Below, piece after piece: positions 36,301 through 49,479 of a DNA stretch of 64,000 bases. Under the pieces are notes generated by a model. That model had not been told where the DNA came from. It worked only from the letters and a program-made list of their open reading frames with translations, and did no database searches. The DNA is from Chiloscyllium plagiosum (taxonomy: Eukaryota), in contig NC_057759.1 of NCBI RefSeq assembly GCF_004010195.1, positions 2,275,199-2,339,198 of the forward strand. The letters run 5' to 3'. The translations under genes were made by a program, and so were the position numbers. Positions within the stretch are counted from its first letter, which is position 1. Every line of letters begins with the position of its first letter.

Positions 36301-36318
36301 ACCCTGCTCGCAGTGCCA
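36301..36318 (-). other. Primer-binding site, tRNA-Ser type
   Basis: TGGCACTGCGAGCAGGGT vs TGGCGCAGCGAGCAGGGT expected from vertebrate tRNA-Ser(UGA) as I recall it; 5 nt from the LTR end. Confidence 0.78.
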
Positions 36319-36323
36319 TATTC

Positions 36324-36733
36324 TGTTATGGTTGATAGCATCTGTTCGGAATGACCAGGAGACGCAAAGAACGCCTCATTATGATAACTCTTTATTTGCG
36401 AACAAAAGCTGTGGCCTTCAGATCAGACAACCCTGAAAGCCCGTGAACAGTGATAGTACCCTAATGATTATGCTGTTCTAAAAGTCTAGCCCTATCCCTG
36501 TTACATTAGCATAAACAATTGCTCTAACCCTACATTACACCCCATGAACCAATCACACTCTGTCACAATTGTCTTCTGTGTTGCTGCACATTGTGCCGAG
36601 GTCATGTTTCTTCGTCTTTTGTTTTCTGACAGCTTGCAGTCATGCAAGGTTGACTCCAACACGCAACCTGAAATAAACTTACACAGCATCCCAACATGTC
36701 CTACTTTGTAGTTATGTATTCATGTATACCATA
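36324..36733 (-). repeat. ERV 5' LTR
   Basis: Direct repeat of 29215..29633; ends in CA before the PBS; AATAAA on the minus strand near 36391. Confidence 0.92.
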
Positions 36734-37921
36734 CCTGATCTAGGCCTTAACGTTAATTACTCTTAGGAAATAAGGCAGGGCAAATGACTGAGTTGGTAGA
36801 GTGTGGGCACATTTGACCAATGACATTAATTTTATTAGTTTGAAAATAGTTCTGAAAAGTATAGACCTGTTCAACAGATTAATGTTCTAAATTAGGGCGA
36901 AGCCAGTTTTTATGGTAATAGGGAGGAACTTTCTAAAAAAATGATTAGGGATTTTTTTCGCAAGTAGAGGGATGCCTGTCAAGTGCGAGTCTTTCAAAAT
37001 GGAGATATTGAGAGTTCAGGGACAGCATGTTCCGGTCAGTGAGAAAGGCAGTACGAGCAGGAGTAGGGAAAAGAACATAACAGGGGATATTAAGACTCTG
37101 GTCAAGAAAAAAAAAGGAGGCATAAGTCAAGTATAGGCAGCGGGGATCCAGTGAATCCCTTGAGGATCATACAGGATGTAGGCATACATGTAGGAGGGAA
37201 ATCAGGAGGGATAAATGGGGCATTGAATAGTTTTGGCAAATACAATTAAGGAGAATCACAAGAGATTTTACATGTATAATAAGGCCAAAAGAGTAACTAC
37301 GGAGAGAAAAGGACACCTTAAAATTAAAGAAGCCATCTACGAATCATGAACTACACGAAATGAATTGGGTTTATTCGGTTTACTGTCACATATACTCCAT
37401 GAATACAATGAAAATATTTCAGTCGCCACATGAGACGTGCTCTTAGGTTCCCTACCCCGCTATCCCCACTCCAAAGTACAGAATGAGTGTACAAAACACA
37501 AAAGTAAAGAAAACAACGTTAAAATGTAAACATTACAGACTTTCCTGTAAAAGTCGTAAAGCGGAGAAACACTGTAAACAGATCAACAACACAGTCCATA
37601 AGCATCTAGCAATGCTGGGTTAACACTCTTCACATGGACTCGATCTTCTCCACTCCGCTGCCTTATAGCTTGTTACTGCTGGATGAATGAGAAAGTATAC
37701 AAACACGTCTCATGAAGACATGGGAGCGAGTGAACTCGTAGAAATACATACATAAAATGATGTTTTGAAACGAAGCCAAATTACAGAAGAGGAAGTTCTG
37801 GAGGTTTTAAAATGCTCAACCATAGATAAAAACCTAAGAAATGTTCAAGTGCATCCGACATCATTGTGGGATGCTGTGGAAGAAATTGTGGGGGCCCTCC
37901 CTGAGATATTTATATCATTCC

Positions 37922-38055
37922 TCACAGTTCTAAGAAAGGGTCACTTGACCCAAAGCATTAACTCTGATTTCTCTGCACAGGCACTGACAGACCAGCTGAG
38001 CTTTTCCAGCAAGTCCTTTTGTTTTCTGACTTACAGCATCCGCAGTCCTTTCAGA
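37922..38055 (+). mobile_element. Decayed Penelope-type tail with relic hammerhead
   Basis: AGTT-ctaagaa-a-GGGTCA ct TGACCC-aaagcatt-AACT keeps stems I and II but the core is mutated; followed by cttttccagc..cagcatccgcag like family C. Confidence 0.55.
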
Positions 38056-38389
38056 TTTGTGTTTGTATGATTGACAGCCACGAACAAGGTGCTGGAGGAA
38101 TGGAAGACAGCTAATGCTGTTGACGTTATGTTTAGAAAGGATGCAAAGAAAAACCCGGGATCTACAAACCCGTGAGTCTGATGTCAGGGGTGGGGATGTG
38201 TTTGGAGGAGATTCTGAGAGACAGGATTTGCATGCATTCAGAAAGGTAAATACATATTGTGGATAGTCAGCATTATCTTGTACAAGCTAAAATGCGTCTC
38301 ACAAACTTGCCTGATTTTTTTCAAGAGATGACCAAGAAACTAGTCAAAAGCGAAGCAGCACACGTTGGCAACGTGGTCCATAGTGAGAC

Positions 38390-38820
38390 CCAGAGTCAAA
38401 AAGTGTGGCACCAGAAGAGCACAGCTGATCTGATAGCATTCAAGAAGCAGGAGAGTCGGCGTTTGAAGCATAAGAATTTCAGCCGGAATGTGGGGTGTGT
38501 CCCCAGCGGACTGAAAGGTACTTGGGAGTGGGCTTGGCTGAGGGAAAGGCAGGTGATAATGCGATTGGTAGACAGAGGTGGGGGTAAAAGTATACATCAT
38601 AGAGGTGAGTGGAGCAGACAAGTGGGAAGGAAGATAGACAGGTAGGACAGTCCAAGACAGCGGTGGTGAGTTGGAAGGTTTGGTCAACCATTCCTGATGA
38701 AGACCTTATGCCTGAAATGTCGACTCTCTTGCGCATTGGATGCGGCCTGAGCGGCTGTGCTTTTCCAGCGACACACTTTTTGACTGCGGATCTCCAGCAT
38801 CTGCAGTCTTCCTTTTGTCC
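38390..38820. mobile_element. Older, longer family-C fold-back element
   Basis: 38390..38490 is the diverged reverse complement of 38690..38790; CTGATGA at 38694 and GAAATGTC at 38714. Confidence 0.75.
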
Positions 38821-39252
38821 TTTGTTAACTGGTTAATCAGATTAGATCACAGAGAATCAGGGAAAGCCAACCAATTAGATTTTTTTTAAAAAAAACTTAT
38901 CTGTAGGAGACATAGCGTGGTGGAAGAGATTTGTTGGTCCAGCTTGAGCTCTGTTACCAGCAGTATGCCATAGGTTCAGTTCTGGCTCTCTAGCGTTTGT
39001 TATTTTGATAAATGATTTGGATGGGAACATAGGAAACATGGATAGTAAGTTTGTAGATGCCACTAAAAATTGTTTTATAGTGGGCAGTGAAGAAGTCCAT
39101 CTAAGAAGACAATGGGATCTTGATCAACTGGACCAGTGAGCCACGGAATGGCAGATGGGGCTTCATGCAGACAAACGTGAGGTATTACATTTTGTTCGAC
39201 GAAACATGGCAAGATTTACACAGCCAATGATAGGGCACTCAGAATGTTACTG

Positions 39253-39424
39253 ACCAGAGAGTCGAAGGGGATCATGGTGCATAGTTCCTTAAAAATTGGA
39301 ATCGCAGTTCAACAGGTCAATGAAGAAGGCGTGAGGCACCAGAGAGTCGAAGGGGATCATGGTGCATAGTTCCTTAAAAATTGGAATCGCAGTTCAACAG
39401 GGCAATGAAGAAGGTGTGAGGCAC
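39253..39424. repeat. 85-bp tandem duplication
   Basis: Copies start at 39253 and 39338; two mismatches seen. Confidence 0.95.
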
Positions 39425-40289
39425 GCCTGTGTTCATCGGTTAGTATGTTAAGTATACGAGTTGGGACATTATGTTGTGGCTGTACAACACAATGGAAAGG
39501 CCACATTTGGAATATTGAATACAATTCCTGTCACCCTGCTATACGAAGGATGCCACACATTAGAAATGATGCAAAAGTATTTTAAATGATGTGACAGTCT
39601 GGAGGTTTTGAGATAGAGTGGACAGGCTTGGATGTATTTCCATTTACGTAGGAAATGAAGGGGCGACCTCATAGAGGTTTATAAAATTATGAGAGGCATG
39701 GATAAGATGAATAGCCAAAATCATTTTCCCCAGGGGACTGGTGTCCAAAACGAGAGGGCATAGTTTTAAGGTGAGAGGGGAGAGATTTCAAAGTGATCAA
39801 AGATGCAGCTGATTCTCACAGAGGGTGGTGTGTATATGTCACGAGCACTCGGAAGAAATGGTAACGGGTGAATACAATTACAGCATTTAAAACACAATCT
39901 GATGTGTACTTGAATAGGAAAGGTTTGGAAAAGTCTTGCCAATGCGGGAAACTAGGACTCGTTCAGTTTTATAAAACTGGTGAGCGTGGATATGTTGGGC
40001 CGAAAGGTTTGTTTTCATATTGTATGACTCTCAGAGTTTATGACTGCACAACTCCTCTTTCATCAACAATTCTTCACTGTCCTAAATTAATTCTCGGATC
40101 AAAAGCCCACTGTAAATAGTGACCCATCTATCCAACCCTCTTAAGTAGAGAACGTCTGACACTGATGTGGTGCTGTAAACCCTGCAGAAGCAGGATTTTA
40201 TTCAGCTGCAATCTGAAATTGTTGCCACAGGACTATCCATTAGTCTATTAAAACCATCAAACCGATCCATGGTTCAGTAATGAGCTTGG

Positions 40290-40870
40290 GTGAACTTGCC
40301 AGGGTCAGAGCTTTGTATACCCATAAATGTTGAAAAACCATTAAAACTACTGCACTTGACTGCTTATATTCCAAACAGCAGAATTAACATTTGATAGAGA
40401 GGACGAATTGATTTCAAGACAAACAGATGCAATTGAAGCTCTGCAGTCCTCCCATGTTCAGTCATAAATAGTAATCAACTAATAACCAACTCACTGGAGA
40501 AGGCGTCACCCCAAATATCTCTATCCTAAATAATGGAACAACCCTGTACACCAGTGTAAAAGAAAAGTTTGTGCACCATCGACTGCCACAAGTATGGATT
40601 AGATGATCCACTTCCACCTCGTCATGATGCCCACAGATTCACAGATTGCTATCATCAAGCAATTCAGTTCGCTGCATGTGACATGAAGGAATAGCTGAAC
40701 ACAGCACATACGCCGAAGGCAATGGGCCAAGACACCATTCCTGCAATAAGAGTGAAGACTTGTGCTGTACAACAAGCCATGTCCCTGGGGAAGCAGTTTA
40801 ATTCCAGCTCCAACTCTGACATCTACCTGGCAATGTGGAAAATTACCCAAATATGTCCAATCCTCGAAGA
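40290..40870 (+). mobile_element. Decayed LINE ORF2 fragment of a second family
   Basis: GQDTIPAIRVKTC..IYLAMWKITQICPI, the pre-RT GPD..WK.A.V.P motif. Confidence 0.7.
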
Positions 40871-40954
40871 GGAAATTAATTATTGTTATGCAGTTGAAAA
40901 CGTGTACTGTACCTTGAAGACAGAGTGAAAGCTGAAAGCTAGAAAGCGCCCTCA

Positions 40955-41047
40955 TTATTGCCGAGGGGCTTTTGCCCAAAACGTCGATTTTCCTCTTCCT
41001 TGGATGCTGCCTGACCTGTTATGCTTTTCCAGCACCACACTCTCGAC
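40955..41047 (+). mobile_element. Family-C Penelope-type tail, hammerhead core mutated
   Basis: GGGC tttt GCCC aaaacgtcga..ggatgctgcctgacctg..cttttccagc. Confidence 0.75.
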
Positions 41048-42675
41048 CTGTCACGTGACTACCGAGCAGTGAAAGAGTCTGCTGGAGAATGGAAAGTTGT
41101 AACATTTGGCTGTAATCTGGATACCTGAGTTGTTTTCACAGCACTTCCAAATTTAACCAAGCAGTTTAAATTACGCCCTAAAATACTAAAACACAACAGA
41201 ACGGGTATTTTACAAATTTGACAAATTGAACCAATTAGACTATTCCATGTTTGGGGTATTAAAAACAGGCATTTGGACAGTTATCCAGAAAGAGCAACAA
41301 CTGACATTGAAAGACTACTATTCACCACATTCTCTGTCAAAGGTACCTTTTTACTATGAAACATCTTTGCAGCAGGAGACCAAAGAAGACTCAGGGAGAT
41401 CTACAAACAGAAGAAGATCAACACTGGAGACGACATGCAGTCTCGTTTGAAAGTGAAGTTGCAGAAAATTTAATAGGGCTTTATTCGATCGGTAGGTTGT
41501 TATACAGTGGGAGGGAGATAACAGACTTTTCCGAAAGAGGAGGCTTAGAGTTGTAAAAAGGTTGTTGTTTAATACTCATTTTATGGTTAAAAACGAACTC
41601 GATAACTTTTGTTCAATAATGGAACTTGTTGAGTTCTCTGTCACTCGTACTTTTACAGAATACAAGATGAGGTGAGGTTTTGAGTGTGACGTGTTTAATT
41701 AGAGGAAGAGTTCGCAACCGTGTCGTAACAGTTTCTGGGCTCACGTCCTTCATTTAGACAGGTTTAGACAGATCTACTCTGAGATTTGGACAGATCTGAT
41801 CAGACGTGGAGTACGAAGGATCCAAGCAAATTTAAACATTTGCTGATTAGTGTCATAGTTCTCAAAATAAAACGTAGAGGAGACAATTTATTTAATTACG
41901 ATTACATATAGTTGCTTAAATTAAAAGTGAAGGAAATGCCTCTTAGAATTGGTAAAGAGGTTCTAGAGGTTTAAAATGATTCCCAAATTTGCAAATAATT
42001 TTAGAAGGAAAGAAAAAGAGCTTAGTTTTAAAATTAGCAAAACGTTTAGAATTGGGTTTAATCAAGGACGAAAATAAAGCTGACATGATAAGACAGTTAC
42101 TGAAACACTCAGGTGTGTCAGAGAAAGAGACATATGCAGTGGAGTTAGAAAATCTGAAATTACGTTTGAAGAAAATGGAGTTGGAAAAAAGGGACAGAGA
42201 AAGTGAGAGAGAGAGAGAAGGAAAGCAGAGAGAAAACGCCAAAAGAAAGAGAAATGGAGAGGGTGTTTGAACTCCAGAAGTTGCTACTCAGTCAGCAAAG
42301 ACAAGTTCAAAGGATAGAGATGAAGAGAGAAGGTTGGAATGTATACAGATACGTTAAAAATAACTGCCATTTTGATGAGGAAAATGTCGAAGCCGTCTTT
42401 ATTGCATTTGAAAAATTGGCTTGGCAGATAGAGTGGTCAGCATACTTGTGGGTAATTTTAGTTCAGACTAAACAGGCAGGCAGAGCGAGTGAGATATTTG
42501 CAGAGCTGTCAGATGAGGGATCAAGAGATTATGAAGAGGTCAAACAGATGACTTTGAATGCTAATGAATTGGTAGCAGAAGCGTACAAACAGTAGTTCAG
42601 AAACATAAAGAAGAAACCAGGTCAGACTTATATTGTGCGTGAAAGAATTAAACAGCTACTTTGAAGGTGGATGCG
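41047..42675 (+). mobile_element. Second Gypsy-type remnant: LTR, PBS relic, gag N-half
   Basis: LTR 41047..41730 (ends GTAACA) homologous to reverse of 11007..11705; gag FDEENVEAVFIAFEKLA..DYEEVK..ELVAEAYKQ. Confidence 0.85.
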
Positions 42676-43199
42676 GGGACAGACTTTGATTGTTTTCATT
42701 ACTGCAGGGGGAATTCAGAGGAGTATTATTGAGATGTGTAAAACTCTGAAGGACATAAATAGAGTAGACAGGAAATAACTTATCACGTTGATCTTTTGAA
42801 CAAAGACCGCCAGAGAGACATGGATTTAAGTTAAGGGACAAATGAGGCATCTGCGGAAAAGACTTCCCACACAGACCATGAATGGTATATAGATCTCCCC
42901 CCTGCTGTACCGGTGGTAGAGACAGTGATAAAAGGAGTATGTATTTGTGCCCTTGGACTTTCAAGATATGCAAATATGTTGGCCACAATTTGGAAAATTG
43001 GATGGAACCGGTGTGGTATTGCCTACCTTCCCAAAACCATAGTTGTTGCACGAGTATGCTTTACTAGCCACCTGTGACGTTTTGAGAAGAGGTTTGGCAC
43101 AGAGCCGTTGTCACATCGAACGGTTTAGCCCTGGGCCGGCATCTCACATCATAAGAAAGATTCAGTCATTTTGTAGCGCCAGGAACAAAATTAAATGCG

Positions 43200-46100
43200 C
43201 AGATTCCACTGACCTTACTAAGAGTCTGTAAACTCAGTACGTTTTCAGGTTTTCTTACTTTTTCTCTTTTCTTCACTTCCTCGTTTAGTCCTGTGTGGGC
43301 TTTCAGCTGAACGGGGTATGGCTGATCGGGCAGCTGTATGCTCCTCCTGCAGAATGTGGCAGGAGAGAGACACATGTCTCTGCTGAGCACATCTGCAGTA
43401 AGTGCACCCAACTCCAGCTCCTCAAAAATAAAATTAGGGAACTGGAGCTGGAGCTGGATGAACTGCAGAACATCCAGGAGGCTGAGGGAGAAATTGAGCT
43501 GATGTACAGGGAGGTAGTCACTCCTCACACACAGGATAAAGACAGCTGAGTTGCGGTCAGAGGGAGGAAAGGGAACCAACAAACAGAGCAGGGATCCCCT
43601 GTGGCCATTCTCCTCAGCAATAAGTGTACCATTTTGGATACTGCTAGTGGGGACAGCATATCAGGGGAAAGCCATAGTTGTCAGGTCTCTGGCAGAGCCT
43701 GGCACTGAGGCTCAGAAGTGAAGGAGGGCGAATAGAAAAACACTAGTGGTAGGGGACTCAATAGTTAGACGGATTGCCAGGAGATTTTGTGGTCAGGAAC
43801 GGGATTCCTGGTTCCAGGATCCGGGATTTCACTGATCGGGTTCACAGGATTCTGAAGGGGGAGGGTGAGCAGCCAGAAATCGTGGTATGTCTTGGCACCA
43901 ATGATATAGCCAGGAAAGTGTTTGAGGATGTGAAAAGTGCCTACAAAGAGCTGGGTTGGAACCTGAAGAACAGACGAGTAGAGTCGTGATCTCGGATTTG
44001 CTACTGGCGCCACAAGACAGTGACGTCAGAAACAGTCAGCGAGTGCAGCTTAAAGCGTTGCTGCGAGGCTGGTGAAGGAGGGAGAGTTTCAGATACTGAG
44101 ACCATTGGAATGTCTTCTGGGGAACGTGGGGCCTGTACGGAAGGACAGGCTGCATCTGAACTGGAGGGGCATAGATGTCCTGGGTGGGAGATATGTTCGT
44201 GTGGTTCGGGAATGTATAAACTGGTTAGGTAAGGGAATAGGAACTGAGAGGGAGTTAGTTGTTGATGGGGGCAGTGACAGGGTATAGTGAATCTACGAGA
44301 AAGGTTTTTCACATGATTAAACAAAGAGAAAGATTGAAGTGTGTCTGCTTTAACACAAGAAGTGTCAGAAATAAGAGTGATGAACTTTGAACATGGATCA
44401 GTACTTGGGACTACGATGCTGTGGCCATAACGGAGATGTGGGTTTCGCAATTGCCGGAATGGTTGCTAGATGGTCCAGGGTTTAGAACGTTTAAAAATAA
44501 CAAGGTGGGTGGCAAAAGAGCAGGGGATGCAGCATTGCTAATCAGAGAGTGCATCCCAGCTACAGAAACGAAGGTTGTTGATCGCAATTGCCGGAATGGT
44601 TGCTAAATGGTCCAGGGTTTAGAACGTTTAAAAATAACAAGGTGGGTGGCAAAAGAGCGGGGGATGCAGCATTGCTAATCAGAGAGTGCATCCCAGCTGC
44701 AGAAACGAAGGTTGTTGAGGAAGGTTTGTTTAAAGAATCAGTGTGGGTACAAGTTAGGAACAGCAAGGGAGCAGCCACCTCATGGGAGGTTTTTCACAGA
44801 CCCGCTAATAGCAGTAGGGAAATTGAAGAAGTCATAGGCCGGCAGAGTTTGGGAAAATGTAGATGCAGCAGGGTTGTTTTTTTATGGATGACTTCAACTT
44901 TCCCAATATTGACTGAAACCTCCTTTGTTTGGATGCATTGGATGGGGACATTTTTTTCGGGAGTGTTCAAGAGGGTTTCCTTACTCAGCATGTAGACAGA
45001 ACGACGAGAGGAGAAGCCATTTTGGATTTGGTCCTCGGCAATGAGCCAAGACAGGTGTCGGATTTCGCAGTGAGAGAATACTTTGGTGACAGTGAGCACA
45101 ACTGCCTCACATTTACCATAGCCTTGGAGAGGGAAAGGAGGAATTACGAAGGGAAGATATTAAATTGGGGAAAGAGAAAATTATGACGTTATCAGGCAGG
45201 AGTTGGGAAGTACAGATTATGAGCAATTGTTCCGCAGACAGGGCACAAAAGACATGTGGAGATTGTTTAAGGAGCAGTTGTTGCGAGTGATGCATAAATT
45301 TACTTCTCTGAGGCTGTCAAGAAAGCGTAAGATTAACAAGCCTTGGATGACGAGAACAGAGGAGCTTCTTGTCAAAAGGAAGAAAGCAGCTTACGTAAGG
45401 TGGAGGTGCAAAGATCTAGCACAACTTTAGAGAATAAGAAGCTTACTAGAAAGAAGCTCATAAATGGATTGTTGAGATCCTGGAGGGAGCATGATAAAGG
45501 CTTGGCAGGAACGATTAGGGAGAACCTAAAGGCATTTTGCTCATATGTGATGAATAAGAGGATGATCGGGGAGAATGTATGGCCGGTCAGGGATAGCGTA
45601 GAAGGACCTATGCGTGTAGTCTGAGCAGATAGGGGTAGGGCCAAATGAGTTTATTTTTTGCTTTGGTTTTCACTAAGTAAAGGGACCTCGTTGTGAATGA
45701 AAACTTTGAAGCTGGGAAACAGGCTTGAACAGATCAAGATTGTTGAAGTTGATGTGCTGGAAATTTTGGCAAACATTAAGCTTGATAAGTCGCCAGAGAC
45801 AGATCAGGTTTATCCTAGGCTGCTCCAGGAAGCGAGAAAGGAGATTTCTAAGACGCTGACGATGATCTTTGCTTCCCCACTCTCCGCGGGAATCGTACCA
45901 GAGGATTGAAGGGAAATGAATATTGTTGCTCTTTTCAAGAACGGTAATAGAGAAATTCCTGGCAATCACAGACCAGTCAGTCTTATAGCTGTGGTCAGCA
46001 AGGTTTTTAAAAGAATTCTGAGGAATAGGATTTATGACTATTTGGAAATACATAATGTGATTAAAGTTAACCAGCATGGCTTCGTGAGAGGCATGTCATG

Positions 46101-47148
46101 CCTCATGCATTTTATTGAGCCTTTTTTGAAGAGGTGATGAGGCAGATCAGCGAAGGTCAAGCAGTGGATGTGGTGTATATGGACTTCCGGCATTTGATAA
46201 GGTTCCCCACAGTAGGCTCATTCATAAAATCACGAATTAAGGGATACAGGGAGATTTGACTGTCAGGATTCATAGTTAGTTGGCTGACAAGCATGGAAAG
46301 CATTCTGCCTGGAGGTCAGTGGTGAGTGTTGTCCCGCAGGGTTATGTTCTTGAGTCTCAGCTCACTGTAGTATTTTAAAAATGACTTGACTGAGGGTGTT
46401 GAGAGATGGGTTTGTAAATTTTCCGATACCACAAAGGCTGGAGGAACAGCTAATAGTATCGAGGGCTATTGCAGGCTGCAACGCAACATAGACAGGGTGC
46501 AGAGATAGACTGAGAAATGGCAGATGGAATTTCAATTGGATACTGCAAAGTCATGTGTTTTGGAAGGTCAGACTTGAATGCTGAATATAGTATTAAAGAC
46601 AGGATTCTTGGCTGTGCAGAGGAACAGCGGGTGTTCAAGTGCTTAGATCCTCCAATGTTGCCATCCAAGTGGATAGGGTTGTTAGGAAGGCATATGGCGA
46701 TTTGACTTTCGTTAACAAGGGGATCGTGTTTAAGAACTGCGAGGTTTTGCTGCAGCTCTTCGAAACCCTGGTGAGACCACATTTCAAATATTGTGTCCAG
46801 ATCCGGTCGCCCTATGATAGGAAAGCCACGAAGGCTTTGTAGAAGGTGCAAAGAAGGTTTACCAAGATGCTGCCTGGACTGGTAGGCTCATCTTCCAAAG
46901 AGAGGTTGACTAAAACCGGACTTTTCTCTCTGGAGAGATGGAGGAATAGAGGTGACCTGATCCAGGTATGCAAGGTAATGAGAGGCATGAATGGAGTCGT
47001 TAGCCAGAGACTTTTCCCTAGGCCAGGATTGACTGGCACGAGGGCCATAGTTTTAATGTGTTAGAAGGAAGGTATAGAGGAGAAATAAGAGGTAGGTTCT
47101 TTATGTAGAGAGTTGTGACTGCATGGAATTCGTTGCCAGCGGTTGTGA
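43200..47148 (+). mobile_element. Nearly full-length CR1 LINE, defective
   Basis: ORF1 zinc finger/coiled coil (HICSKCTQLQLL), esterase GDS, endonuclease AITEMW and AILDLVL, RT QHGFVRG, C-terminal domain. Confidence 0.93.
44445..44718. repeat. 137-bp tandem duplication within CR1 endonuclease
   Basis: Copies start at 44445 and 44582; three mismatches seen. Confidence 0.95.
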
Positions 47149-47399
47149 TGATCTATGTTACAGCTGATTCTCACTCACTGAGTTACTCTCAAAGACGTAA
47201 CAATAGCAGGCAAACTAGGGAGCACTTTTATGGTGCTAGTGAATGTACCTATCTTTTCTCCAGGAGGCTTACATCTTCACATCACACAAAGGAAGCCCAA
47301 AGCCCAATTTAAAACTGCAACAATGATTTGATGAGAATTAATAATGGCGCTGTATGTTCAGGCCTCCATTGGTATTTGAGAAAGGAGCAACAGTCTGTG

Positions 47400-48240
47400 T
47401 TTTAGCCCATTGCAATTCTGCAGAGAATCGTCATTTTAGATCTTTGAAAGGGGCTGGAAGATTATGCCTTTTCACAATTGCTCTACTGAATATTTCCTTT
47501 CGTGTTCCACATCCAATTCCAGTATTGCATTGCATAACTGAGTGAGCATCCATCTCCCCTTCGTGTGGCTGGTCACAGTTAACCAGCCTTGAAAATAAAT
47601 TTCCTCATTCTCCAACCCAGCCTTCTCTCAGTTTTCATCGGTGTATCTCTACTGGTGAATGGAGCTCCACCAAAGTCAAACTTTCTTGGAAGCAGACATT
47701 GAGGTTTACCCCCACTGCTGTGGCACCAATAACTAAACTTGACTAGACGAGCAGATACATTTTTGCTAACGTTGGGAATTGACTGCATGCAACTGGCAGC
47801 CTCATATCCCCATTTAAAACAGTGACAGCATTCTTTAGTCATTAAATCTCTGTCCAATACTCTGAGAAGTTCTGGCATCTGTAAGGTGTGGTCAATTATT
47901 TCTCTTAATTCTTTACCTTTCCTGCTTTAACCCTTTCCCACAGCTCTCTCTGATTTTCCCTCTCTCATCTCCTTCTTGTCTCTGTCTTGATGCATCTACC
48001 TGATTATTCTCTCTCTCTGAATTTCACTTTCTCTTCCCTTAAGTGTGTTATTTTATTTATAAATTAGTTTCCCAGGCTCTACCTTGCACTATTCATATTT
48101 ATCACCACCTGTGAACAGTCTTTCAACTTATCATCTTCATATCACTGCTGTGGTGTTGCAGGCATGAGGCAGTTTGGGTGATGGCTTGTAATACAGAGTG
48201 ATGCCAAAAATGAATGTTCAATTCTTGAACCAGCAGATAT
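47400..48240. repeat. Diverged duplicated segment, copy 1 (paralogue of 62570..63320)
   Basis: Shared colinear blocks tgcaattctgcagagaatc, acagttaaccagccttgaaaa, tttcttggaagcagac, ttaaaacagtg.cagcattc. Confidence 0.85.
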
Positions 48241-48409
48241 AAAGCCAGTAAGATAAAGGATGAGGACTAGGCCATTCGGCCCCACACATCTACTCTGATA
48301 TTCAGGAGAATGAGGGCTGCTCTGACAACTCTCAATCCACTTTCTCGCATTTGCTTGTTGCCTGTCACCCTCGATTTCTCTCCCTATCAAGAATCGATCA
48401 TAGAGTCGG

Positions 48410-49468
48410 AGCCATAGAGTCATAGAGATGAACAGCAAGGAAACAGATCCGTCGGTCCAACTCGTCCATGCTGACCAGATATCCCAACCCAGTCTAGTCA
48501 CATCTGACAGCACCTGATCATATCCCTCTAAACTTTTCCGATTCATATACCCATCCAGATGCCTTTTAAATGTTGCAATTTTACTAGTCTTCACCACTTC
48601 CTGTGGCAACTCAATCCATACACCTACCACCCTCTGCATGAAAATGTTGCCCTTTAGATCTCTTTTATATCTTTCCACTTTTACCCTAAGCCTATGCCCT
48701 CTAGTTCTGGACTCCGAAACCCCAGGGAAAAGAGACTTTGTTTATTTATCCTATCCATGCGCCTCATGATTTTTTACACCTTTATAAGGCCACTCCTAAT
48801 CCTCTGACGCTGCAGAGAAAACCGCCCCAGCCTATTCAACTTCTCCCTATACGCTCAAATCCTCAATCCCTGGTAACATCGTTGAAAAATCTTTTCTGAA
48901 CCCTTTCAAGTTCCACAGCATCTTTCCGATAGGATGGAGACCATAATTTCACGCAACATTCCAAAAGTGGCCTAAACAATGTCCTGTACAGCCGCAACAT
49001 GACCTCCCAACTCCTGTATTCAATACTCCGACCAATAAAGGAAAGCATACTAAACGTCTTCTTCACTATCCTATCTACCTGCGACTCGATATTGAAGAAA
49101 CTATGAAACTGCACTCCAAGGTCTCTTTGTTCAACAGCACTCCCTAGGATCTTACCATTGAGTGTATAAGTTCTGCAAAGATTTACTTTCCAAAAAGGCA
49201 GCATCTCGCATTTATATCAATTAAACTCCGTCTTCCAATTCTCTGCCCATTGACTCATCTGGTAAAGATCCCGTTGTAGTCTGAGGTAACCTTTTTCACT
49301 GTCCACTACACCTCCAATTCTAATGTCATCAGCAAACTTACCAGCTCTACCGCGTCTGCTCACATCCAAATCGCTTATTTAAATGATGGAATGTTGAGAA
49401 CCCAGCACCGATCCTTATTGCACACCACTGGTCACAGGCCTCCAGTCTGAAAAACAACCCTCCACCGA
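48410..49468 (-). mobile_element. CR1 3' ~1 kb
   Basis: ORFs 48863..49204 and 48142..48678; (CTATGACT)n tail. Confidence 0.92.
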
Positions 49469-49479
49469 TTTCAGCCTTC

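Larger units (their letters stand above)
29215..36733 (-). mobile_element. Endogenous retrovirus (class I-like env), internally deleted provirus
   Basis: Paired LTRs, PBS, PPT, integrase and env remnants in retroviral order; flanks CCTT/CCTG are a near-match 4-bp TSD. Confidence 0.92.
36760..40045 (+). mobile_element. Highly decayed CR1 ORF2 with several insertions
   Basis: QITEEEVLEVLK, DSQH, decayed SKFVDATK, CR1 tail; interrupted near 37340, 37920 and 38390. Confidence 0.82.
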
